A stretch of DNA of 64,000 bases, from NCBI GenBank assembly GCA_002633005.1, contig NMRA01000486.1, positions 56,237-120,236 on the forward strand. The letters run 5' to 3'. The DNA comes from Phoronis australis (Eukaryota; Animalia; Phoronida). A program made the position numbers and the translations under genes. The notes beneath the pieces are model-generated. The model was not told where the DNA came from and did no database searches. It saw only the letters and a list, made by a program, of their open reading frames with translations. Shown here in pieces: positions 38,957 through 51,499 of the stretch (position 1 is the first letter of the stretch; each line of letters starts with the position of its first letter).

Positions 38957-40802
38957 TGCACATTTGAATACCCACCTTACTGTTCTGAAAGTGAATTGGT
39001 GAAGTGAGCAGTGGACGTTTAATTGAAAATTCTTAAAAGTATAGGGTTGATGTTTTATCCGTGCTGTGGGCAAGATCGGAAAATTTTCAAACTTGGGCTA
39101 CAGCGAATGTTTAGGGTAATCTCTTGCTTGTAAATCGAATCCTCATTAATCTGAATTCATCAGAAGATTTGATGTTAAAGACAGCAGAATCGATAATCGA
39201 AAACTGCTAAAAACATGAATTCTACGTTAGGCTTTCGAATATCGGATTACGAGTTGTCTGATACAACCTTAAATTTATTTTGTGTCATTTGAAAATTTCC
39301 CCGAGAGACAGTGATGGCAATTAGTTAAAAGCGTTCATTTGACTCACAGTTCATTTGTGAATGAGATTCATGAGTTAGGGTAAAAATTCTCCAGTTCGGG
39401 ACAGTCTCCAGTAAAATTGGGACAATGAAATTCAAGCGAAAATTTTGTTGATTCTGAAGATTGGGATTATGGGTAATTTTGGCATTCATCATGGTTTTCA
39501 AATTTCGGACACAGAATTTTGTGTGGACAAAATCTGACTGCGACAAAGTTATCAAGAATAGCTGCAAAAGCATAATTTATTTTTTTCTCATAATTCTTGC
39601 AATTTGGGACAGACAACCAACGTTGTCGGTTTCTGTCTGTTTCTAAAATATGGCAAAACCCCCCCACTTTTAGCAAAATAATTCATTTTTTCTCCGCCCT
39701 AAAATGAAGAGTTTTTATTGTAAGCTTTTTTGGCAAACACGTCTTTTTGGGGTTTACAGATAGATTAACACTGACAGAAATAATGAGGGAATACCTAACA
39801 GTGCAGCTAATTTTTAGATTGGTAATTAGCACGGTGCAGAACGTACGGCAATTCTTCATTGATTTTGCAGAAAAATGATGGCCAAAACTGATTTTTTTAT
39901 CTTTCAAAGTCTAGTGGCTTTGCTACGAATGGAAACTTTGCCAAATGTTGTTTTCTGGCCGCCTCTTCTGTTATGAAAATGCTAAAGAGTAAAGTTGATA
40001 TATTTACAACCTTCTTAAGGTTGTATAATTATAGAAGTGTTCCAAGCATATCTTGAAAAATTCTGCTCACAAAAATGACAAATAGTTGTTGGAACAATTT
40101 TTGAAAATAACGCTGAACTCGTTTTCATTGTTCCTGAAGTTGTAATGTTGTTATTACCGTTCAAAACACATTTAAAATGTTTATAATTAAAGTGAGTAAA
40201 TCTCTTTATTGTAAGTAGAAGAAACACAGAATGGATCTGACCAAAAGATGGGTTGAAACATTCTGAGAACGGATTGTTCAACAGGACACTTAGATTGACA
40301 AAATTAGTTTGCATTTTCTGACAATTCCGAAAATTACATTTTTACACCAACTTCAAACCATGAATGTGAGAAATGAATTATTTCAGCGAGGACTTGATGA
40401 AACCCCTTACCTGCAGCTGGCTGTGTTGTACCTGTCCTACCTCACACTGCCAACTGTTGTGGCTAGACTCTAGCAAGTCTCTTATTTCCAACTCTCTGTG
40501 TGTGAACTCTCCACCCTACACTCTCCACTGTATATGCTGGTATTTTACATTTAACTGTATTAATCACCACTAGGCTGATGTTCCATCAACACTAGTCTGT
40601 ATGACAGACACTGGCAATGTTTTAACATTGGAAATTGGTGTTCTAATCATTCTATGTCTGTCCACATGTGATGTTATCAAGACTTCATATTACCCAGCCA
40701 CAGTAGAGTACAAGTGTGATACACTGTTCACACTGTCTAATAATCAACAGGAAACTTCTTTGACCTAGACCACCTGCGATTATTGTTCAGCTGTAAAATT
40801 TC

Positions 40803-42262
40803 ATTACTTGGCAAAATTTATTTCGCCAAGTATGTTGCTCTGACACTAAGTTTGTTTTTTTTTTTNTGATTTTTTGCATGTAGATTCTTTGAAGTATAAT
40901 CTTTCAAATGGCCTGTAGCAATTTTTTTCTCAGACTTACGGTTTTCGAGTTATTTGACTTTGAATTTCTTTAAAAAATGCAAAATTTCATTTTTTTCGAA
41001 AAATTTACGGAATTAGGTGATACCATCAGTTTAGATAGAATTTTGAACGGGCTTTCAGAAGATGTTTTTCATTTTTCGCTAGGACGTCTATTTTTCGAGT
41101 TATTTGAGATTTTCTGATAACGCTGTTCCTTTGTTGAGCGCTCTTGCTGCATTGATGTAGGTTTATCTTCTATTGAACTAGACTGCAGCCTATTTCTTAT
41201 TGATTTATGACATCTAAGTTCGTCATATGAATGTTGTGATGTTGTTCATCATCGCCACCACCATCATCATATTCGTCATCATCTTCGTCATCATCTCCGT
41301 CGTTATCTTTTCCGTTAATTTCGCCAAGTGTCGCACAAGACTGTATCCTTTTTCTTACTGATTTTGGACTTATACGTTCGTCATGTGTATGTTATTATTA
41401 CTTCTTTTGTTCATCCTCGCCACCATCGCTGTCATATTCGTCATCTTTGTCATCATCTTTATCGTCATCTTTTTGGTTAATTTCGCCAAGGTTCGCTCCT
41501 CGGAGCGCTTTCATTTTTTTGTTTGTTTGTTCGCACGATACCGTTCGCAATTTTCGTCCGATCATCACGAAATTTACACATAACACATACTTCCGGAAGT
41601 ACTGGAAGCCTATTGTTTTTCGTCAAAATCGGATCCAAGATGGCAGCTGTTGCGGCCATTTTGTTTCCATTTAAAGGTTCAAATGCTTCTGGAGGCTACA
41701 ATTTTTTACGTAAAAGGCTAAGAATCGGCACAGTAAATGGACCGGAAGTTTGCTACAAGTATACCGGAAATTGTTTACTTCCGGTTAAAGATGGCGGAAA
41801 TATCGGCGATTGCGCATGCGCACCTCGATTTTGGCCTAAAAACGTTTTCTCCTGTAGAGGGCGCATTATGAGACCAATTCCTTTGAATTTTTACAGCTAT
41901 TAGTTTCTTATGACATGCTATTATAAAAAGCCAAAAAACCGGAAGTTGCTTACAAGATGGCGGTTCTGGCGCATGTTGACCCATTTTCAGTCTTGCCGGA
42001 GTGCCACCACCATCATCATATTCGTCATCATCGTCATCATCTTCGTCATCATCTCCGTCGTTGTCTCTTCCGTTAATTTCGCCAAGTGTCGCTCAAGACT
42101 GTAGCCTTTTTCTTACTGATTTCGGACTTCTACGTTCGTCATGTGTATGTTAGTATTACTTCGTTTGTTCATCCTCGCCACCATCGTCGTCATCTTCGTC
42201 ATCATCTTTATCGTCATCTTTTTGGTTAATTTCACCAAGTTTCGCTCCTCTGAGCGCTTTCC
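40803..42262 (+). mobile_element. Composite Helentron-associated non-autonomous element (HINE/DINE-1-like) with a duplicated 3' end
   Basis: 5' subTIR hairpin TACTTGGC..GCCAAGTA followed by a T-run. 3' subTIR AATTTCGCCAAG plus terminal stem-loop CGCTCC-TC-GGAGCG and TTT at about 41480-41512, repeated at about 42228-42262. 41253-41511 is duplicated at 42003-42261. Confidence 0.65.
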
Positions 42263-42472
42263 TTAATAACAAGTAAAGATTGAGAAAACTTTGGTCTAGC
42301 GCTTGTTAGACTTGTGCTGTGATAAAGTTTCCATTAGTCACACAAAAATCGCTTTTGGCACTTTTTTGTGGGTTACAGTGAGTAAAGAATTCTGGTGGTA
42401 GAAAGAAACGAAATTTAACATCATTAAATAATTTCATAAGGTTGGTGGAGAACACATAGATTAATTATTAGT

Positions 42473-42578
42473 GACACAACCAAGCAAAAACGCTGTACAT
42501 TGACAGTTTCAGCTTCCGAAGATTGCTGCTGTCAGTAGCCGAAACTGTCAAGGTTCAGCGTTTTTGCTTCGTTGTGTC
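42473..42578. repeat. Long inverted repeat (42-bp arms), probably a Penelope-like element relic with a degenerate hammerhead-like core
   Basis: gacacaaccaagcaaaaacgctgtacattgacagtttcagct pairs with agccgaaactgtcaaggttcagcgtttttgcttcgttgtgtc. The centre reads CCGAAGAT-GCTGCTG/CAGTAGC-CGAAAC-TGTC. Confidence 0.6.
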
Positions 42579-42788
42579 TATAAAAAATTTAACACTGTCA
42601 TGTTTTTTAACAAAAGTTTTGAAATTGGCACTTTGCTCTTGACATGATTTGTATGGTAGCCCTATCAAACGAGAGGTACAAGCTTGAGCATGTTTTGCAA
42701 AGTCTACCATTTGACAATTCAGAATTGTCCTGATGGTAGTTTTGCTATATTAGAAGAAATAAAATCTTTCCTACAGCAAGAGTTCAGT

Positions 42789-42939
42789 CAGCTGCTGATT
42801 CAGGATTTTTGGGGGTCTGCGAATTGCAAACAAAGGCTGCTGATTTTCTTCCATTACAACATTGCAAAAGAGACCTGAGTTAGGGGGTCAGGTCGGTGTT
42901 CGGGCGCCCCCTCGAATACATCCTTTGGATCCGCATCTG
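42789..42939. mobile_element. Short degenerate hAT-type MITE
   Basis: CAGCTGCTGATTCAGGATTTTTGGGGG at the left and TGGATCCGCATCTG at the right resemble CAG..GCGGATCCAG hAT termini. Confidence 0.35.
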
Positions 42940-43279
42940 GCGTCACACGAGTTAACGTGCTATTTTGCTCTTTGTGTGTGCTCGTTTGTCTGCTTGTCGG
43001 GGTAATTTCACTACTGACGGCCACATTACGACCACGCGGTATCTTAGATGAAGTGTTTACGTTTACAGCTTCCCGTTCTATTTCGAGCAGTGTTATGTGC
43101 TATGTGGAAAGTTCCCGAGCATTTGAATATTTCTACTTCTGCAATTCTACGATTTGATTAACAAAACGGACTCCGGCTAATTGGCCAATTCTTATGACGC
43201 AAGTTCAGTGCCTGAGTGAAATATGGTGTGTTGTGTCATTAACGCCACATGTTTGACAATGCTTTGCTTCATTGAACAA

Positions 43280-43660
43280 GGTCAAAAAATTGTTGAAAAG
43301 GTCAAGATACATTTCCTTAATGCCTGGATTATATTTGTCAACAGTAAGTTAGGCAAAAATACATTGGTTTCAAAAAGCTTGTTGTCGTGGCAACAGCTCA
43401 TCCCAAATTTGTATTTACACTGGCAAGAGACAACTGTGGCCAAATTGAATTGTGGAGTTATCATCATACTCCTGTACCAGGTGTCATCAAGAGGGTGGAG
43501 GTAATGGAGACTGATGATCATGATGTTGCAAAGGCCTGGTGTTTTGTGTAACGAATATATATTTATATACATAATACACTGTGTTACGGCCACCAGAAAT
43601 TTAAGAATGGTTTTCAAGCCATTTACAGAACTGATAGAGCGATGACCACATGGTAAAGTA
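43280..43660 (-). pseudogene. Decayed CR1/L2-group LINE ORF2 fragment (RT thumb region)
   Basis: HRSISSV...KTILKFL...SLHYLHPL...NLG* follows the spacing of 'HI..I..KAN..LG.L...RP.LEY...W...LGW'. Confidence 0.28.
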
Positions 43661-44646
43661 TTCCTTGCCACTAGACCACAACATGGTGAAATATGACCTT
43701 GTCGCTAGATAGGCAGCATAGTGAAATACGCCTTGCCACTAGATGGCTATGGCGCTAGTTGGTGATTCTGGACAGAGTTCTGCATTCTCATTTGAATATT
43801 TAAATGTAAGTAGCATTTCCCTGTTGTTTTTTATGAATTCTTTGCAACCATCTGGCATTCAAATTATCTTTCCTGTGCGGCGGGATATTCAAATGATTCA
43901 CACAGGGATGTCTAAGGTTTCTAAACGTTCATGAATGAAAGCATTCGTCCTATCTTTGTGCACCAGAATTAGAAATAAGTCGAGCAAAATACTCTTTTTT
44001 GTGCCGTCGCAACCATAATGAGTTGTATGCTCATAACTGAACAGTTCGTATGTTCTGTTAACAGTTCGTATGTTCTGTTAAGCCACAATTAGACGGGTCA
44101 GACACCTGTCACGGGGCAACAAACACGGAACAGCTGATTGGGCGCAGGGGCATGTGTAAATATGACTGACTCGGAGCAAGTTAACACCGCGGCGTCCTTT
44201 TTTGACACTTGTTTGATAGATAGAGGGAGTTGCACTCGATCAGTTGCTCTAGTGTCAACTACGCGTCTAAACTCGACTGGGACAGGGCGAAAAGGGATCA
44301 CCTTTCAATGCGCTCTCACAATATCATATATGGGTGATCGGCTAGCATGCCACATGGTTTGGGTATTCTCTGTGAGCCTGCGCAGACAATCTTTGAGTAA
44401 ATGACTTATTTCACAGAAATAATTGCCAAAATTACCATTTTCCTTGTTTTTCTAACACTGATTACTAATGGCAAATAACGGAAAATTTACCAAAGTTGTT
44501 TTAGGAAGTGTACACAGTACGCACACCATGCTAGTCATAGACTATAAAGTTTTATTAAGTTTTTTGTTTTTGAGAGAAATTTGATGAAGTAAAATCTCAC
44601 GTGGGCCATATTATGTGCTAAATAAATCACTTACTGTCAGTATTAA

Positions 44647-45932
44647 AGGCGAAGGCAACCTTTTTTCATGTCATTTTTAGCAAAAATAAGATTCGTTGAT
44701 TATCTCAGACATATTTTTCACTTATTTACTGCTTTTCGTAATTTAATTAATTACTCGTTGTCTAATCCAGAAGTGATGTTTTTGGAGGTAAGAATTTCAC
44801 ACCAATTTCTTTTTATATAGTCTGACTGTGAGAGCAGTCGAGTCAGTCATTGTTCTACCTCGGTTGTGATATGTCAGTCAACATACCACGTTGCTGCTGC
44901 ATACTAGGGTGTACTCATTATCATCTCACGTACAGAGGAAGAATTGTCCCACTTGCCCGAGTGTCCCGCGACTCACTCCCACTGGAGGGTGATCTGAGCA
45001 CCCAAACTGCTTACATCCCGCTGTGTGACCCCCTCGCCACACACCTGGCACCTTCTAAATAGCTCCAATACAAGTGCACAATAAACTTATCAAACTTAGG
45101 CTCACCGATCTGTTCATTGGATGACGATCTGTCCTCTTCTCTGGGTGTCGAACTGGGCCTGTATTCACTCCCACTACTCAACATCGCTGCAGGGCTGCTT
45201 ACAGAGGCTCTGGGCTAGAGACAACAGAACAGGGCGAATCGCTGCTAGTTCCCGGAATTGCATGCAATGGGGTACGTTCGGAGGCACGGGTGACAGTAGA
45301 TGAAGTGCTTCCAGTCACTGTATATAGTGGCCACAGCTCGCGCTTCTCACTTCAAAAACGCACTTCTCGGGGTTGGCGATGGGGCAGTGACGGTATGGTA
45401 CCCCTCTTCAGGCGTTGTTTTGCAGGGATGTTCATCAATTCAGCGTACATATCTCTGTCGTAATCTGACGGCAGAAAATGCTGCCACACACTCAGTAACC
45501 CTCCACTGCTTTGTACGTTGCGTGGATGGGTAGCGCTGCGTTCTTCACATGAATGAGCTAGCCAAGTACGGCGAAGTGTGTCATCCTTAGGAAAGCGATG
45601 AAGGTACCCAAAGCGCATGTAAGACGATAATGAGTACATCCCAGCATGCAACAACAGCGTGGCATGTTGACTGACTAGTAAACAAAAGCGAACGACGATC
45701 AAACTTATCACAACTGAGGTAGAACAATGACTGACTTGACAGCTCTCACAGTCGGACTATAGTGAAAAGAAATTGGCGCGAAACTCTAGCCTCCCAAAAC
45801 GTCACTTCCGGAGTAGAGGACGAGAAATTAATCAAATTACGAAAAGCTGTAATTAAGTGAAAAATGTGTGTGGGATAATCAACGAACCTTATTTTTGCTA
45901 AAAGTGACATGAAAAATAGATTGCCTTCGCCT
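44647..45932. mobile_element. Kolobok-like DNA transposon (deleted) with long TIRs and THAP remnants
   Basis: TTAA TSD (44643-44646 and 45933-45936). Termini AGGCGAAGGCAA / TTGCCTTCGCCT. Inverted homology extends about 280-310 bp. THAP-domain coding remnant inside. Confidence 0.85.
45380..45665 (-). pseudogene. THAP zinc-finger (C2CH) domain remnant
   Basis: ATG at 45665 gives MPRCCCMLGCTHY, then after a frameshift LHRFPKDDTLRRTW...SVWQHFLPSDYDRD...RLKRGTIPSL. This matches THAP C..GC, FP, W, (C)..HF and AVPT-like box motifs. Confidence 0.85.
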
Positions 45933-46282
45933 TTAAGCTTCTAATCCCCCTGTACACACGGTTCAGTGACATCCAACATTGAATATTCATAGCAAACAAC
46001 AACAAAATTATGATAAATGTACCCTTAGCGTCCTTGTGACCGATAACACTCACCAGTTTAATAAACCATGTGTTAATGAACTTTTTGCCTGCATAAATAA
46101 TAACTAGCTACTTTGTCACTGTTTTGACCTCACTGAAATTCCATAATTTGTTTATCACCTTAATATGGCCGCTGTCTCTTTTACTTGAGATGTTAACAAA
46201 TTGGGAATATCCTTGATGTTGTTGGAATATGTCTTTATGTTAAGATTTCTAGCGGATAATTATTGTAATAATTGATGTTACT

Positions 46283-46520
46283 CAGAGCTTGGAATGCTCC
46301 TCTTTTAGAGGATTTCCTCTATTTTGGTTTCAATTTCCTTGTATTGGATTTCCAGTTTTCTCTTTTGTCATCTCTGTTTTATCATTACTTTGACTTTGTC
46401 CATGCAAAAAATTTTATTTCAGTTAAATTTTACAACACAAAAAGTATTTCTATCACACGAGCCTATTTATTTGGGAAATGATACATCACCTAGAAATTTT
46501 TGTCATCTTTTCAAGCACTG
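46283..46520. mobile_element. hAT-type MITE, copy 1
   Basis: CAGAGCTTGGAA / TTCAAGCACTG termini. Body is homologous to 55887-56125. Imperfect TSD atgttact/atcattac. Confidence 0.7.
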
Positions 46521-48125
46521 ATCATTACTATTTCTGTCATAGACTATCAAGGAAGTGGGCACAATTGCGAATCGACCTCTGCTATTAAGAGTATTTAATG
46601 ATAAAAAGTGACAAAAGTGCTGAAAATCAAAGGGTTTGGAAGTGGCCTATAGAGCAAAGATTTGCCACGTCATTGGTATCAATAAAAGTCATTTCAAACA
46701 ATGGCATGTGAATATTGTGTTTAAAGAAATCCTAAGAGTAGTAATGAAAGAGATTCAAGATTTTATAAATTATGTGAATGTTGAATTTTTGAAAAATAGT
46801 TTGTGTATAACTTGACAATTTCCATTGATTACACACCAGCAGTTCATCATTTAGTAACAGTATAAAGTCCAGTTTCAGCGATACTAGCATTCTATTATTG
46901 AATTCCTGTTTCTGTGATTGTAGTGAACAATTAGAGTCAAATCTTTGATAATATAACGAACTGTGACAGCCAACATATGTCAGTGTCATTAAAGTTTCTA
47001 ATCATAGAGTGCTCTTACGAGAAATAGATGCCTGCTGTACTTTGCAAGTATAATTTTAGAAGCGCGCCACACATCGTTGGCATATAAATATTTTCACTGA
47101 CGCACTGTGATTGCTCAACTCCAGAAAAAGGCTGTGTCGCAGTCACACCTTATTTTGTTTTGAAACTGAACATTTGAGATACTAACAACAGCAGTGCAGA
47201 GCAGCTGATAAAAGCTAAAGATGTGATCTACCAAACCAACAGTGTTAGCAATATGGGGTTTGTGAAAATGTAGATCCCTGCTGGGAATTTATCTGAATGC
47301 TGTTAGCTGTTTAAGCCAATCACTAATCTCCATACTATGTACTGAGAGGCAGTAGATAAAACCAAACACATCACAATGATCCCTTCTGAAAGTTGGATTC
47401 AAAAAAGATACAGATTATAATGGTACTAATAAAACCCTCCAATTGGCCCATGGACTTGGACCACTCTGGATCCATTCACCCATAGTCACGTTTTTATTCC
47501 AATCAGAACACACCCTGCAGCTGTAGTGGTGAAATCTCCACAATTCCCTATAGTACAGCTAGAATGGTAAAATCTCAGCAGTTTAAGACGCAGCGTGGCA
47601 GGTTAAGGAACTTTAATTTGTTTTCTCATTTTTCATACTAGTTAAATTTCATCAATCCATAACTTGACTAGTTTCAAGTTATGTACCAAGGAACAATTTT
47701 ATAAAAAAATGTAGGTATTCATAATGATTTGGAAGCTTTTGGAAAAATGAAAGTTGGGCAATTTTGAGAAATGATGTTGTTGGAAATTGGTGAAATTTTA
47801 CTGGAACGTTTGTCAGACTGTGGCACTTGTTTCAAAATTGAATAATTCCTATTCTTCATTTTTCAGGGGCTTCTGACATTGGTGTCAATTTTTCAAAATA
47901 GTTCGTTTCGGTAACTATGGTACAGAACATAGATATGGTAAAAGTGTCATTCTGTTACTGACTATCTTTAATGGAAAATGACTCAATAAATTTTCACCTG
48001 TCTGCCATATTTTGTCCTAAACTGGCCCACAGTGCCCGCTTATTTGTAGATCCGATGTGACAGTGCTTCACTAGAGGGAATTAGTGTAGGGTATTTACTT
48101 TGAAGAACCACCATACCTATTTTTG

Positions 48126-49527
48126 CAGGCCCATAGCCAGGGGGGTTCGAGAGGTTCGATCGAACCCCCCCTCACGGAAAAGGACCAGCCCCAGCCTATC
48201 CGTTCAAGATAGGACATAGATCAACAACAACAAAAAATTGTTTTTGTTTCAGCTATTAGTACTATTACATACAATGATAACTAAGTTATACTAACTACAT
48301 AACTAAGTTATACTTACTACAATGATAACTAAGTTAGTTATAACTTTGAACTTGACTCTGATTCAAATGCGTCTCCTAGTCATCGGGCTGTACCCAGCCA
48401 ACTTCGCACCAGTTGTGTTTGCGTAGATGACAGGATTGTGCAGATGATTGCAGGAGGCTTTATTTTATTCATCAGCATTGAATGCGTGTGGTGGCTACAG
48501 CATAGGGTAACAAAGAAGTCAGGAAGTAAATGTCTGTGCATATCTAAGCTATATAGCAGCGAGAGGGTTCCCAAAAAGTAGTGCGGTCTAAATGCCTTAA
48601 AATTGACTACGAAACAATACAGCAGAAAATATTTGTTATCTGATACGTTGGTGTACTCTGTGATAGCATGGTACGGTAAAGTTCAAGCATTTTCAACTTT
48701 CGAATTGAAAGTGATCGTCAAATATGTTGTTTATCCAGTGTCCACTGTGATTGTGGATTTGTGTGTTGAAATGCATGAGTGTACACATGTGTGCGTTTCC
48801 ATTCAGTAGACACCAAAGGAAAGTTCACTACAGGTAGTTTTTGTGGTCGCTCATAAACCAGACATTTAACTACTGTGTTTTCTTGCAAAGAGAAAACCCA
48901 TGTTCACATTGTTAAGTAACAGCAGGTTTAGACCTAATAAAAACTTTGGTCAAGGAAGAAAGTGTTCTCTTGTCAATCAGTGTCAATGGTGCACAGCCTG
49001 GAAGACTTCATACGAGCAGCAAAGTTGATGGACAAGATTTCCAAGGTTACATGTCACTACTCCAAAGGTCTAATACTCTGAAGGTTCGCTTCTCCGAAGT
49101 TTAGCTATCTTCGAAAGTTCACTACTTTGAATGTCTACAATTCCATGTCCAGTTCCTCGGACGTGTCAGCTAACGAGTTGGAACTGACATGAATGAAATA
49201 TTGTATTTGTGTCCATTTAGTAACCATTTAAATGGTATACAGGTGTTGAATAGTTAATAAAACATTGATTACAAATGAGCTCAGTTCCACATTACATCCG
49301 AATTTGAGTCCCATTCTTTGCGAGCAACCCTTATTTCTGGTATTATAAATTCCATTTCATCTCAGGAACATAGAGCTGAGAGTCATCGTTGCGTATACCC
49401 ATCTCCCAAATTAAGCTGCATTAAAGGCCTTACTGAAAACTCTACAGTGTCAACATTTGCAAAATATTGAAGGTCCACCATTCTAGGAATTCGAACCACC
49501 CTCCACGAAATGCTGGCTACGAGCCTG
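48126..49527. mobile_element. hAT-type non-autonomous element, 1.4 kb
   Basis: TIR CAGGCCCATAGCCAG / CTGGCTACGAGCCTG. Subterminal GGGGGGTTCGA..TCGAACCCCCC palindrome, with a related motif at the right end. Near-TSD tatttttg/ttttttgg. Confidence 0.75.
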
Positions 49528-51499
49528 TTTTTTGGGGGTAGGTTCGTCATTAATTTCTCATTTACTGGAATTTAATTATTAAAAGTGTAAATATTTGAAG
49601 GTTGATTAACAAGATAAGTCACATTCCACTCAATGATGCTGTCTTGGTCTAATTACTGATTTTCAGGAATCCTTGCAGTGTGCATGTGTTTGACATAAGC
49701 AAGATTTTCATGTACTGTTGATGGGCAAAGATTAGATGAATTCAGAACATCTTACACCAAAATTTGTGATAACAGACATCACTTGTTCTACTTAACACCT
49801 CACCATACTTGCTGGTACCTCCAGCTGTACATGTCATACTACTGTGAGATTTTTCAGGCCAATAAACACTGTAGCAACACTTCTCTGTTGCCAGCCTTAT
49901 TAAGGTCATGATTCCAAGTCGTACTCAAGGGGCCAAAAAGGTTTTTCCTAGTTTGACAGAATCCTCTGGGTTCAGTTCATGTGTATGTTGACTGAAAACT
50001 GGAAAGTGAATGAAAGTTGCCCTAGGTCGGCATCTTTACAAGTCGTTTAAAATGCTTTTAGGTAACAGACTGAAGAAATCAATAGAGATGAATTATGAAG
50101 AGATTGTAAAGAACAATGTTCAGAAAGTGCCTTCAGCCAGATCTTTTCAGTCTAACACAAGATTGGAATCGTCTATTCCTAGAATTGTTCTAACTCTTTG
50201 CATTGGTCTTGTACTTTTGCCAGCCATCTGATTTATTGTCTTGTTTTGTGATAAATTGAATTCATCATGTTAAGTAGATCCCTTCGCTCTCCTACACATG
50301 GGGTTAAAGTGACTGTTCTTATATTGGTGTTTGGTACACTCATTTAAGCCTGAACCGTAATGGAGAGTTTTTCGTTTATATGGAATGACTTACGAGAATC
50401 CTGTTTAAGCTCATAATTCCACGATATCTTGAGTTTTTGGTTCATATGAATCCTGTTTAAGCTCATAAAGCCCGGATTAACAGGGATGTAATCGATTAGT
50501 TTATTCACAAGTTGTTCATAAGATGGTTATTACCCAAGGGCTGGCAGTCACCTAGCTGTCAGCCAAATGTTTAATTACTTACTTTCCTACTACGTAACAC
50601 TTTTGGTGCTAAGGTGGCATAGGCAACAAAATAGTTAAAATAGTCAAACGCGTTTTGAAATTGGGACTGATTGTGACCTTGGAGTGGTGAACAAAAACAT
50701 TACTGTCATGAAGCATTTTTTCCACACGAAAACCAGTATGTAACTGTGCTCAACACTATTTTGTTTCAAAATTGAAGAAAGTAGCATAAAATTCGAAAGT
50801 AATAGTTACCTTTGTCATAGTCTGAAAATTGTTCGTGATGGTTCTCTTTGTTCGGTTCATCCATTTTCCACTGCCTTCATTCAGATCCGGCAACTATTGC
50901 AGTGTACAGGTGTATGTCTAGGACATTCTCATGGCCATGTCCATCATTTAATCAGCTTGATTTGCCTCAAGCATATTCTAATAAATTCCTGGGGTGGGAA
51001 TTAAGCAACTCTCCTTCCCAATGTTGTATGATCTAACTTTCTCTATTTGCTTCTGCCTCATTAACCTAGTTCCAATTCAGAATTGCTCTTACCTAACAAA
51101 TCTTGTACATTCAGTGCACTTGGAACTCATCCATTTGTCTTAAATCAAATGTTTCATGTTTCGGTTTATTTGATGTGACAGCGATTTCTTCAACTTTTTA
51201 AATTAACCAATCAACCAATTGTTATATCAAAGGAGAGAAATTACTGTGAATTATAGAAATGAGATATCCTTTGCTTCATTTTGTCATCAGAGTGGGTCTT
51301 AGTTGATTTATTTTAAAGAGCCATAATGTGGTTTAACGCGGAAAAAATGGATTTTTAAGATTGTTGCTGGATAGGGTAGCCGTATTGAAGTTATTAGCTT
51401 TGACGAGAATTTTAAAACAATAAAATGCATTGTTTTTTATGATGTTTACTTGTTAAATACAAAACTATGCTGTTATTGGATGGGATTTTAAGCTCCAAG

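Noticed and set aside
41383-42104. Hydrophobic and acidic ORFs resembling membrane or acidic proteins
   Set aside because: Translations of (CAT/CGT)-rich low-complexity sequence inside a repeat element.
50780-51150. Possible CR1-like ORF2 relic on the minus strand
   Set aside because: Only two short motifs (RFV, LNW) are recognisable, too little to support a call.
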